Of a stretch of 53,394 nucleotides of DNA, positions 13,612-25,719 are shown piece by piece. Each line of letters begins with the position of its first letter. Position 1 is the stretch's first letter. A program made the position numbers and the translations under genes. The DNA comes from Raillietiella orientalis (Eukaryota): NCBI GenBank assembly GCA_036172245.1, contig JAYWIR010000031.1:2666001-2719394 (forward strand), read 5' to 3'. The notes beneath the pieces are model-generated. The model was given only the letters and a program-made list of their open reading frames with translations, was not told the DNA's origin and made no database searches.

Positions 13612-14850
13612 GCAACAGCATTCCCACCACTCAGTGGTCAACCCACCTATGCTTATAAATGCAGTACTATTTCTGCCATCAGTATATCCCGTAGTAATCA
13701 TTTGTGCTGCTATCTATCTCAATTTATAATCATCAACGCATTCTGGAGGTCTTGCTATATACATAATGTTTAAACAATGGTTTTCATTGATACTTCATTT
13801 TGCATCATTACATCTTTCCATGAGAATCAGAAAGTTCGAGGTCGAGCATGCAGTTATTTCAAGCCATCTGAATGAGCTCGGTCAGCTAATTAAGTAGTTA
13901 AAGTGAAAGACTAAGCTACTCTCTTAATGATTCATGGAAAGGAGAAAAAAAAAAAAAACGTTTGTGAAGTTTATAAGATCCTATTTTATTGTGGTTACTG
14001 CTCAAACTAATTGCTTTGTTTGGACGGATGCATTGAATTAGATGATGAAGATAATGAGAATCTAACCATACAGATCACTCTCATGAAACCACAAGTTTAC
14101 AAATCTGCAGGGAAAGTTAGAGTGGTATTTCGTTCTCTTTTATTTCCTCACATACTTTTGTAATCTTGAAAAACTTTTCACGCGCGAATGGTATTGGCAT
14201 CCTTGTTTCAAAACGCGAATATTTCGAAGTGCGGCTTCGGTTCGGAGCTCTGTAGGAAAACGAGTGGTGTTTTGCGGCTCAAACGTTCAAGCGTCTGTTT
14301 CGTTTGTGTTCTTGCAGTGGACGATTTTCAGTGATGTGTGTAAGAAATGGTGATATTGAAAGTCATGCCAAATCTGCCCATTGATTTCTCTCTGTATATG
14401 TTTCAAGAGATGTGATAGTGATCATTTGTACTGCTGTCGATCCCAATTTATGATCCTTCTTGCGATAAAGTGAGTATACGTACATAAATATCCTGTATTA
14501 CTCCAAAACAAAATAATGTCAAAGATGTCTGCCATATAAGTAATTTCTTTATTTACAAAAGGCGACTAATATTTTCATAATATGTGCAAATTAGGTATTT
14601 CCCGCTTGAAAAGATTCGCGAAAAAGTAAGTTGCATTTTCCCAGGAAAATAGTTCAAGTTTGTTGAATTTTGTTATGCTGTTCGAAAAGCATGCAACTTA
14701 TTGAAGTTTACAGAAACAATAAACTGGAAATATAAAGTTGCTTCATTTCTATTCCAGTCGTGTGCTTTTTCAATATGTACTATTTTCCACACAGGGTTTT
14801 TTGATAAAAGAAGATCAGGAGAAAAAGTAAATCATCCTCAGTTTTGAACC

Positions 14851-15647
14851 ATGATTAATAGCGAAAATTCAGATTCCGATAGCGAATCCAATGTACTTGA
14901 TGAACATATTCTGGAACACTCACAAGATGAAAACACCGAAAACATATCACAGGTGGATGATTCATTAGTGAATGACAACTTTGATGACAAAGACAGTCTT
15001 GAACCTGCTATAATTCCTTTAAGAAGTGCACCTGACAAATCTTATAGTGCAGATGAAGGGAAAACTGATGTGAGTAAATTTGCTGTTGATATCAAAGAAG
15101 AATTGCAAATATCAAAACTTGAGAATGAAAATTCTGCAGAAGGTAATCAAGTACTAGGTAAAAGCAAAAAAGAATTGGAAGAAGAAGAAAGAGAGAAAAT
15201 GCAGTAGGTTAACAGTCGCACTAATACTGCAATTATGATATAATCTAGAGTGTTGGTTTCTAATTTCACAGAAGAGCAGTTGGACAGATATGAGATGTAT
15301 CGTAGATCAGCTTTTCCTCGTGCGGCCATAAAAAGGGTATTTAAAATTTTCATTTGGCTTTTTCAATGTATTTAGTAGCTGATACAAACCATAGCCGGTT
15401 GCTCAGTTTCTCAGAATGTAGTCATTGCTATGGCTGGCATTGCTAAAGTTTATGTGGGCGAAATAGTGGAAGAAGGTGCAAATGTATGACTTTTACATGA
15501 TACTAATTACAGCTTTTAGCTCTTGATGTTATGGAACAGCAAGGTGATATTGGTCCCGTGCAACCTAAACATTTACGTGAAGCTGTCAGAAGACTCCGTA
15601 AAAGAACTTCACTTGGTTTGAAGAATAAAAAATTTTATTTATTGTAA
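14851..15647 (+). CDS. TAF11: TFIID subunit 11 (histone-fold TAF), complete 4-exon CDS
   Basis: Exons 14851-15203, 15249-15336, 15379-15475 and 15520-15647; introns 45, 42 and 44 nt, GT-AG. An acidic N-terminus is followed by [73 protein letters not shown]...[12 protein letters not shown]. Confidence 0.97.
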
Positions 15648-16906
15648 GGTGATATCTAGTAGAGCATTGATTTGGTGAATTAAATTCTTTACAAAATGAG
15701 TCTACTCCACATGACTGCATGAGTTTGTACCCCAGTGTCTCATCTCTCGTGGTATGCTTGAAAAATTGACGCACACCACAGGGAAGACATCTCATGAATT
15801 TTCCGAGGAGATGTGGATTCTATTCTTCAAACTATCCATTACTCATACAATTTGCAGGTTTTGGGGACTATTGGATTCTTTTGTACATTAAATTAAATAG
15901 ATAAAATCGCACAATTCAATGCATTAAACAGAATCTGAATTATCAGCCTCTTCAAACAAAAAAACTATGTAGTCTCCAAAAGTATAGTAAGCAGCACATA
16001 CTAAGAATGGACTTGTTTTCCAATGGGTTTGTGAACAAAAGCATTGCAGTACTTTTACATATCTGTTTCAATCCATTGACATAAGTTCTGAAGATGTGAC
16101 ATAAGCTAAAATATTGTGTGGTTTTTGTCTGACAAATCTCTGAGCAAATGTAGATCCAACTCTTAGTTGTGACAAGCATGCATAATGAAAGTAAAAATTT
16201 CTCAGCATTCTGATACCAAGATAGCAAAAAGTGCACCTTGAATCTCTATGAACAACAATAAGGAAGAATTCATTATGTACATTGTGTGCTCAAGTTTATT
16301 TTCAAAAATGAATTTATTCGGTAAAAAATGATTACTTAATGTATGGGTTGAATGTATAATTCATTTTTTGAAAGAGAGGTCTTGGAATTGTATTAAAATC
16401 CAAACATTCCAATGTTAAAAATTTTGTACCATAAACAAATTTTTGCAAGGTTGTTTTGCAACTTAGACTTATAAAAAAAATGGTGATCATGTACTTTGTG
16501 GAGACACATGTGTGCACATGTCATTTTCATTCTTTTGTGTATCTCAATCTGTGCAAAATGTAAGTAATAAATGCATGTTCAGCCTGATAGGATTAGGAGG
16601 CTCTTTGTTACTTGTGTTTTACATTGTTTTTACAAGATGGGCTTCATCTGATTTTTACCATTAGATGTAAAAGGTAATCAAATGATTCATGGGGTTCACA
16701 ATTTTGAGTTCATTTGAGCCTGGGTTTGTTACAACCTTTGTGTCTGTGAAGTTTACTGGGGTGGTGGTATTGCTGTGTGCTGGATTGGTAGTTGAAATAA
16801 ATTGGAACAAAGTGTAATCACTTATATACCAAATGATAAAATATACAGAACCAGACAAAATGATCTATAAATTGGGCAACTGCTCCAAAAGATAGAAGCA
16901 TCCACC

Positions 16907-17770
16907 TCAGTGTTTCATTATGCTGTAAGGTGTTTTCACATCATTTTTGTAGCAATCAGGAATTAGTAGGTTTAAAACAGCGTGAGTGATTATAGCACTT
17001 ATGCCCCAGATTTTGTATTTGAGGTTCACATACACTGGTGCATCATATGTGCTTTTTGAAAGTCTAAAAGTAGTGTACCTGAAGTTCTGGGGATTACATA
17101 AATCTTCTACAGCAACACAGAATACATCTTGCACTTCAGCTGCATTCATTTTGAGGTTAGTCAGAGAAAATGAATTCACCATTCCAACTACTGGAATTAT
17201 AAGTGAACCGGCACTTCTCGTTGGAACAGGTGGCAATTCACCCCACACATCTATGTTTGTTTTCTGTATCCCTATTTCTTCTTCTGTTTCCCGCAGGGCG
17301 GTGGCGGCCGCAGATGAATCACATGGATGTGGATTTCCTCCGGGAAAACTAACTTCTCCTCTATGTTTTCTTAGTGTATAAGATCGCAATGTATAAAGTA
17401 ACTTTACATCTTGGTTTAATTTGCAGAACAGCACCAACACACCCGCTTTCTTTTGCATACTCCCCATAGCCGCGTTGCACTTTAGATTGGAAGTTTGTTT
17501 CAAAAAATTCGCTTTGTTAATCCCTGCTGCTAAACGCCCCATCAGTGGGCTACCACATTCGTGTTTATGCCACTTTTCTTGAAAGGTGCCTTTTGCTATA
17601 TTGCATGGCAACAAAATGCGACAACCTTGACGGCTGGTTGTTGCACTGTGGCTGCCGCCATCGAACCGTCCGCAACTCGACGGTGCGACTACGAAGGGGA
17701 GAGGCAGGAAGGCCAGCCGTGGATCCCCATTAATCGGGAATGCAGATGAAGGATATATGAAGGCACTCAT
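16907..17770 (-). CDS. NUDT8: Nudix hydrolase of the CoA-diphosphatase (NUDT7/8) family, closest to NUDT8; single exon
   Basis: AGVLVLFC...LLYTLRSxxLRKHRGEVSFPGG (CoA-pyrophosphatase motif) directly before the Nudix box GGNPHPCDSSAAATALRETEEEIG; later MNAAEVQDVF and IWGISAII. The true start may be a downstream ATG (MGRLAAG...). Confidence 0.9.
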   Translation of the reverse strand: MSAFIYPSSAFPINGDPRLAFLPLPFVVAPSSCGRFDGGSHSATTSRQGCRILLPCNIAKGTFQEKWHKHECGSPLMGRLAAGINKANFLKQTSNLKCNAAMGSMQKKAGVLVLFCKLNQDVKLLYTLRSYTLRKHRGEVSFPGGNPHPCDSSAAATALRETEEEIGIQKTNIDVWGELPPVPTRSAGSLIIPVVGMVNSFSLTNLKMNAAEVQDVFCVAVEDLCNPQNFRYTTFRLSKSTYDAPVYVNLKYKIWGISAIITHAVLNLLIPDCYKNDVKTPYSIMKH

Positions 17771-20220
17771 TTCACCATCATCTGCGAAGGATGCACGAAT
17801 ACTGTTTGTGAAATTCCCGTTTTTGACCCACCCTGGGGTCGAAACTTTGATCTTTCAACAGCAACTGTGGTCTTACTAATTTCAGTGGGGTGGGGGACAT
17901 CCTCCAATAAATAAATTTCGAACGAGGTTCTCATAACGTGTCATTCGTCCAGCATTCCATCGAAGGATAGCAGCAGTCAGCATGCGTGGATAATTAGCAA
18001 GAGCAAGTGTGAGTGAATGATTATGAATGGAACCGAAAGCATATTATTATTAAACTTTGTTAGCAATATTTGAAGCTTCGGTTCCGCAAAGTTGGTACGT
18101 ACGAGACTTCGGAATAATCGGAATCACAACTACATTTTGACGACTTTTTTGCAGACGTCGCGATTCCAGTTTGTGAAAATAAAGATGTTTCGAGGCAAAC
18201 TAAAAAATTTTATCGAATCTTTATTTTGAATTTGTACAAAAACAAATCCAAATAATTTTTTTCCTTCTTCTTCCATCCCCACTAGCCTCTCAAGGTCGCA
18301 TCGCAATGCTGGCCGGCTTCTCGAACCCCGCACTCTGCTTTACCTCTTTTCCCTCCCTGTGCGTTTGGCGTCTTTGGGTCCGTGGGCGGGCGGTACGATG
18401 CCCGGGACGTCTTCCGGCATCACATGGGAGACGGGAGCGGCACTACGGCAGGAACTTCGGTCCACGCCCGGTTCGCGAGGTGGTCGAGCGGAGGGCGCTG
18501 CCCGCCTTCGTTCCTCTGCGCCCGTTTCTCGCATGTGCGCTTCCGGCGGGAGGAAGGATCGGTTCCCGTGCCAGGGATGAAGCAAGGACACCCTCCTGCT
18601 GCTGCTGCTGCTGCGGACTGCAGTCCCGGAGGGTCACGCGTACCCGCCGCGCAGGGGTCCCTCTCCTCCTCTCCTGCGTCCTGGCGGGCGGCGCCCCGGC
18701 CGGGAGAAATCAGGAAGGTGAAAGGGGAAGAACAGCGGTTGTGGGTTCGAGGCGCACTCCCTTCTTCCTCCCGCTTCTTCCATTTCTTTCTAGACGGGTG
18801 GAAGACTGCACCACTATAGCAATAGCAGCAGCAGAAGCAAAAGTATAGGCGAACCGCCGCGACACGAGCAACCCGGAGTGCCCATGAGGTCTTCCGCCTC
18901 CTCCTCATTCGTGACCCCTCTTTTCCAGTCCCCCTTTACTTTAAACCACTGCTTTTCCACTCAGGCCAGGGAAGTGCGGGAGACGCTCCAGGCGTAGCCG
19001 TATCTCTCTTCCGTGCAGCAGAAGGGAGGCGGTCGGTTGGAAAGAGAGGAGGGAGTGAGGATGCGGGGAACTCCTCCTCCCTTCTGCTCGCACTCCTCCG
19101 CCACTCCCTCCTCTCCCTGTTTTGATCCTCCTCATCTCTCCTTTTTTCCCACCTCCTTCTTTCGTTTCCCAGCTACCCTTGCATCTTCCGCCTGAGATCC
19201 AGGCGCACCCCGTGGTGAGAATGAGGCGTCCCGCCCCGTGCTGCGTGCTTTCAGGTGGTTGCCTGAAGCTCCTCCCCTTCTGGGTTCAAGAAAGGGTGGC
19301 TGCAGCTCTAAGCCTCCTTCAACGACCACGGGTAGGCTTCTTCCCTGCTCTCTGGACCTCCAGTCCTCTCCAACCCTCCTCCTGGCTTCCCACGAGGTTG
19401 GTCGAGGGGAAGGAACGGGTGGAGTGGAAGGGATGCGGCGGAGGAAGAGACCTGGAAGGCGTTCGGAAAACCCAGAGGAACGCTGATCGGAGAAGCAGCT
19501 CTTCTGAGACGGATTCCTGGGAAGCTGAAATTCCTGGAAGACAAAAGGTAGGCGTCCTCCGGACCTCTCCAGGAGGCGGAGTAGAGATCACCTGCTGCCT
19601 CAGAGCCGCCCACGGGGTATTTCTAGTCTGGCTTCAGGAGCTCATGGTTGTGCCCCCTTCTTTCTTCTGGATACAAAATGAGAGGCACTGCATCCTCAGC
19701 TCCTTCTCCTTTGTGACGGTCCTTCGCCACTCTTCGAGCACCTTCGGGCGTTTCGCAAAGACGCCTATCGGGCTATTGGGCGGTTTCACAAAGGCCAGAC
19801 GTTCTCTGCTCAGCGCGTCGTCTCCGGGGGAGGGAGAATCGCGCGGGTTCCTGGAATTCCCAAGGGCATCAGTGCCTCGCCCCCGCAGCAGGCCCAACTC
19901 TCACCGCCTTCCAACGCATCCTCTCCTCCTCTAGTGCTCCTTTTGAAACGGGACAGCGTTGTCCGGAGCAGGCAGAGGCGATGAACTTCCCTGTCCCAGT
20001 CCCTCGCCCCCCTCGGAATGCCTCCGAGCACCATCCTCCGGGCAGAACGAACCTGCCTCGCAGCAGAAAATGGCCCGCGGCCTCGAGTCCATGAGAGGCT
20101 CCAAATAGCCCCCAAAACTCCCGCTCCATACGTGGAAAGCCAAGCAAGAATTTCGCTTTTTTTTTTTTTTTGTTTCGTGCCAAAGTCTGGCATCACGGAG
20201 GAAAGGATGGACCAGGAGAT

Positions 20221-20587
20221 CTACGTGCAGCACTTGCATGTCTTGAGGAACCTTCTCCATGGCGAAGTGCGCCGGCGAGCTCCATCGGGAGGAGGATCCG
20301 GTTTCGCTGCAGCTTCCAAGTAATGCTGCCTGATTTTGTCTTCCAGAAGCTCAACGTTGGTCCCGTAGGCGACGTCCACACGGACCTACCCACTGTCCCG
20401 ACACGGCAAACAACTTATCGCGCTCTTTACTTGATCTTTGTAGAGGATGAATGTTGGCATCTGGATGATGCCTTCTCTCAGCACAGTGTCCATACATCTG
20501 TCTGCATCCAGCTTCAGAAATATCGCATTCGGGTACTTCTTAGCAAGCTGGATGAATTCCGGAGTGATCCTATTCGAAGGACCGCAC
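20221..20587 (-). CDS. Divergent thioredoxin (TXNL1/Trx-like), last two exons; CGPS active site; C-terminal CKCCT; first exon not securely identified
   Basis: Exon 20587-20431 (after a polypyrimidine-CAG acceptor) encodes CGPSNRITPEFIQLAKKYPNAIFLKLDADRC...QMPTFILYKDQ. A 45-nt GT-AG intron follows. Exon 20385-20221 encodes VRVDVAYGTNVELLEDKIRQHY...SPWRRFLKTCKCCT*. Matches the Trx fold (FLKxDxD, cis-Pro MPTF) and the TXNL1-like LExKIxQH. Confidence 0.8.
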
Positions 20588-20999
20588 CTGGTTGCAAAGG
20601 AAAACATTGAAAAAGATACCGACGCATCCTTTTCTCTGACAGCAGTAGCCCGAGGGAGCCATTTTAAGCAGCCAAGGAGGAAGTTGGAAGCACGAACATC
20701 GACGGAACCCAGAGCCGTCTTGTATTTCGCACCCGGAGCAAGCGTGTACCGAGACAACATCGAGAAACACTCCGCTACCTGCCTTCTCCTTCCGACATGC
20801 CACCAGCACCGTTTCATCGTGAAGAAACCATCCCCTGCAACCACAGAACTGCACCGCCACAATGAAGCTTCAAGTCCCTCTGCCCAGTCTCCCACAAGCC
20901 GCCACCTACTAAGTAGTCCTCTTCACACAAGGGACCCTCGTTCAGGACCAACAATAAGAAAGAAAACGTCCTGGATCTATGCTCCAATGTTGCGGAAGG

Positions 21000-22300
21000 T
21001 CCGAATAGTCCTCAGAAAGCTCCTGAGACATCTCCTAGAACTACCTTCCTTACCTATGCCAACTCCTGCCGCAAATACAGACCCTTTCTCCAACTAAAAT
21101 GATAATAGGAGGAACTGTATAAGAGAGCACATGACTATTTCCCCCACACAACAACAGTTTCTATTTCTCGCTCATGTTGATGTAGACACCAGGGACTTTC
21201 TCCCTCCCAAATGGCATGCCATCGAGATGAGACCTGTCCATGCATTCTCTCATAGAACTCCAGTCAAACTACTGGTCTCTCTATCCTTGCCAAAATCGCA
21301 GGTCCTATCCAGTACCCAACTTTGTTAGCATCCATAATATCGCTTCCGGAATAATGCAAAACTTCCTTACATGAGATGAACGAATCTCCTAGTCATCTTA
21401 TCTGGATCACTCTCCCTTCTGCATCCTAAACAGACCTATCCGCTCAACAGTCTCCTAAGGCGAACAACCATTGCGCTCTCTCATCCAACACATCCCTGAG
21501 CGGTCTTCCTTACAATTGAGCTATTTTAAACTTTGGTTCAACGAGCTTTTACTTGGTGTTCAAAGACAGAAGTCAATCCGACTTGAGCTGGCCCAGGGAG
21601 CATTCTTCTGTCGACTACTGCCACTGCAAATCTGTCCCTTAAAGATCTTGACTGAAGACTCGAGATCGCGGACTTCCGTGTTCATTTGAACCTTCCGTAG
21701 CAATTGCGTTGTCACCCCTTAGGTAATCTTTCCTACGTTCTTCGGTTACACCACATGCCACTTTATCTACTAATCATGTTGATTATTATCCTTCGTTACC
21801 AGCTCGGAGAGGATTGCGTGATCATCTCCCCTCCCATTTCATGAGCACCTAAAAAATGCATGGTTCTCAGGTGTCTTCTAGTCTTTCGTGTTCACCGCAT
21901 ATTTTTGATTGCCATATCAAGGTCAGCATCACGGTACAGGACTATCCAATAAACTCTTTGATCAATTATCACGCTGCCCCAGCACGCAGCTGTTAATGAT
22001 CTGCCTACTTCGTGTTACTCCCGGAAAAATGACGAAGAAATGTTTAAAGAAAGTTTCTGCTCAACTCCTCATCCTATAAATACAACAGTAATTCCCTCAT
22101 TTCCTCATGCTTACCAATTCGGACACCGTTTCGTAAAATCTCCTAACATCTGTATTCCAAAAAGGTTGAAATGATGTTTCCGTATTAGAATATGCAACAG
22201 CTATTTCTACGTACGCGTCTAACCTAAGTACTTGAAGAACAAGCGCAGTCCTATTTTTCATTCATTAAGAAGTAAAAACTTGAGTTTCACATCACCTTTA
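21000..22300 (-). mobile_element. Possible heavily decayed gag-like retroelement remnant
   Basis: Only a degenerate CCHC-like string (..LLCGGNSHVLSY near 21120-21160, minus strand) and purine-rich minus-strand composition; weak support. Confidence 0.2.
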
Positions 22301-25088
22301 AATAGAATTTTATTCATTGTATTGTGCCATAGTCAACACCAATGTCATGGACCTCGAAAATCACATATTTTCGAGGTCCACTGTCGGTTTTTGACTGCAT
22401 GTATCTGCTGTTACACGCCTCCAAGAGGTCACACCAAATTCCACTTCAGAGAGAAGGAGCTCCGCACTCAGCTAACATGACCCTCGGAACACTCTTCAGA
22501 AGTTTAATCATATACACTTGGGAGTTCATGGAAAATACAAATAATGTGGGTCATTCATGCAAAGACGGAATCCTCAATTTGTCGTGGATTGCTGCATCCT
22601 TCCTTGTAACAGCTTTACAGTCCTGCTTTACTGACAACATTTAGCCCTGATTAAAAGGACAGCATGAATACAAAAGGTCGTCTCCTCCGGGGATTATCCA
22701 GTACGAAGCAAGCAAGTCATTAAGAAGTCCTTGTCATGGATTCCTCCTTCCCAGAGATCCCAACTCATTTAATATCGACTCAGCGCCTTACAAAAACTCA
22801 CGAAACCTAAGGTATCTTCTAGCAACTAGAAAATGTTTGTATTAATTCAGTTTGTGTGTTGAACTGCAAGTGCTACAGCATGAGTTTTAAAAAACGGCTA
22901 CAATAATTATGCACTCTAATTCTACATTCTCGCCAATTGCCGTTAACTGTATCATGAAAATAAAACATCATGTAGCAACTTGGCCTTGAAAAATGCATGT
23001 AATTAATAAAACCTGATGAGAAGCTCGAAGTCCAACAGTTCTAGAGAAATGAAATCAGACGTCTATTCTGCCATCTCTTTTATTTGATGTACATTTCCAA
23101 GGATTCTTCGCCCTTTCTTGTGAACAAAATGCTCTACTTAGAATTAGAATGTTCTACTCACTCTGTTTCTTTGTCTTCTAAGAAGCTGCAAATCCTACTT
23201 ATTTAATAAGGACAACATGCATGAAAAATCTCAATTTCCATTTTTAAGTAAATACACTAAATGCGTTCATAACAGAATGATAATCGATGGTACATTTAAA
23301 CGAGGTTTTTATGCATGGGGAATGCAAGCTAATCACTGAAGATAGAAAAATTTACAATACCAATGAGCATAGAAATGAAGAATCATTAACTTTTTCCCTG
23401 ATGCAAGAAACTCTCTTTGGAACGATTCCTCATCATTTATTGAAATAACACCACTGTCCATATTCATTCTGAGGCCCCGGGTGAATAGAATACGCAGTGT
23501 CTATAATCTTCACTGTTTGTAGCTGCGAATGCCGGGAAGAAAACAGTGGAAGCGCCGTGTTTACATGGGTCACTCGGAGGTGGCAACAATGACGCATTTC
23601 TGAAAGCAGAATTGCCAAGTTTTCCTTTGAGTGTATTAAAGCACAGCAAGCAAAATAAAAGCTAAACACGCAAACAATTTCCTCACTATGTAATGAGATT
23701 GAATTTCCTCCCTTGAACGAAACGGGAGCTTCCGATTGGGAAGCATTTTTACAAATTGATTTTGCATCATTTCGCTTGTCATGCGCACGGGAAGAAAGCC
23801 CCACGGCAAAACAACAGTAGTTATATGGAGCGACGTGTGTAAGGCCAAGCCTCTAGGACTACTCAAGCTTTCAGATGGAATGGAAAGAATGATAACAGAT
23901 GGCTTTGAGGATGCAACAATAAGGAATTCATCCGTTTACGCATTCATGTTTTGTAAATTAATAGAACATTTCATTCGGCGTTTGGAATTTTGTTCCTGGG
24001 GTGCCGCACCCTACACGATTCTTATCAAGCAGCAGTTGATAAAAATTCACAACGAGCAACAAGAAACCTATCTTGTTATAGCATTGCAGCATTAACTCTG
24101 AATCTCGATATTCTTGTATAGCATCGTGTTTTTATATGGGAACAAGGACACATTTTATGCAGTGGTTTCCTCAATGACCGCCGGAACCGATTTTCAGCCA
24201 ACTTCAATAAGGACTCCATTTGAGCTTCTTCCGCACGTTCGAGAGGCTTCATCAAGTGCACACATTCCATCCTTTGCATCCAGGTTGCCAAGCTGAAACT
24301 CCATGACGCTGTGCAGACAGCTGTTCAGGGACGTGATACCACTATGAATCAAACATGAATAGCAAATCTAGCAATAGCAGTTTTGGTTGCTTTCAAAATG
24401 CTCTTTTCAAGGCAAGACCCTGTTTCTACGAAGGATCAAGAAGCCAAGGAGCTCGAAGAACAATCCTAGTCAGCGCCCAGCACGATGCCATCATACGCCA
24501 CAAAGATAAAAGAAAGGAGTTGCAGAAATTGCTGCACCTGGTAAAATTTGGCTGAGCAGCACTCTTGGGATCGATTGTGGCGATGGAGCGATGGACGACG
24601 GCCAGTTCGATATTGAATGAAAATCAATGGAGAAGATACCTCCTGCTAGAAGACTCGTTCCATCTTTTTGAGGTACTAAATTTCGAACCCATGGCCTCGA
24701 ACCCAAAACATCACCAGTCAACACGACGAAAGCCCTGAAGACGCCAAGTTTCGACCGCGCGATGTGCCGCTCTAAACAAGCCAAGCCAGACTGCCAAGTC
24801 AGAGCACCTCTTGAAAGATTTCCAGCACCTGGAGGATGGAGAAAGGAACAATAAGATAACTGACACTGATGCTGAAGGTTAGCGTTGGGCATTGTAAAGG
24901 CAGCGAACACACTTGCCCCGAATCAAGGACATTCAATTCGGAGTAGCGAACGAGCAGCCTCTAGAAGATGAAATGAAGGCAGTCGTCGTGGATGGGAGCT
25001 CTATCTGCTTGCGGAAGAAGCAAACAAATGAGAGCTGCTAGTAGAGGACTCAGGCATAGTTGTAGACTTAGAGTTTCAAGCAAGTCAT

Positions 25089-25560
25089 CTAAGCAAGCAG
25101 TTTCTTCTGGGAAACGTTGAGAGCGCTCAGTGCCTTTCCAAAGGCGCCCGCGCTCTCCGCAGAATAAAGTTGACTACCCTGTAGAAGAGGGAAGGGTTGT
25201 AATTCCTGTCCGAGGTAGGCCTTTTGTTTTGCCATGGCTGCAGGCGACGGAGACGCAGCCACGGCGTTCCAAGCCCTCGCTGGCGCGGGGGACGATTCTG
25301 TGGGGGCAAATGCCCCCACTTCTATAGCTTCAGGGGGCTATGTGGACATCGTCCTCAGGCCTTCCTTGGTGGAAGTGTAAGGCACTGCTTCCTTTTCCAT
25401 CATGAATCCCCACACCACACTTACTTGCTAACTAAATAAACACCCACCAGCCGGGAGCAAGCAAACAACACGTCCGTTCGCAAGGATGATGGGAAGCCTT
25501 CTGAGTTTTCCGTCTGTCGTCGCACTTTTCCTTCCAGCTTTTTGGGGATGAAGTTCTTTT
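25089..25560 (-). mobile_element. Tx1/L1-clade LINE fragment T1: 5' UTR plus ORF1 (type A) N-terminus
   Basis: ARAWNAVAASPS..AMA..AY..NYNPSLFYRV is homologous to the ORF1 at 51312. The 5' UTR motif ACGGACGTGTT..GCTCCCG is shared with 51234. Confidence 0.7.
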
Positions 25561-25719
25561 TTTTTTTTGTTCTCCAAGTACCTCAAGAACCGCCACGTGC
25601 CAGCTCCCGCAGCTCTTTGGAGCTGTCCATGCCACCCAAGGGTGGCACCACAACATCTAAAGTGGGGGCAAGCGCCCCCACGGACTCGTCCTCCGCTCCG
25701 GCGAGGATTTCGAATGCTG

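Noticed and set aside
16575..16820. Hydrophobic, membrane-protein-like or mitochondrial-like frames
   Set aside because: Interrupted by TAG/TAA, no recognisable family, and lies in the probable convergent 3' UTR zone of TAF11 and NUDT8.
20720..20860. Candidate thioredoxin exon 1 (..HDET..KAGSGVFLDVVS or ..VAECFSMLSR)
   Set aside because: The frame with Trx-like residues has the wrong splice phase, and the in-phase frame has only weak similarity; not supportable.
23013..23030. Hammerhead-like CTGATGAG-AAG-CTCGAAG
   Set aside because: GAAG rather than GAAA, and no convincing helices I/III or cleavage triplet.
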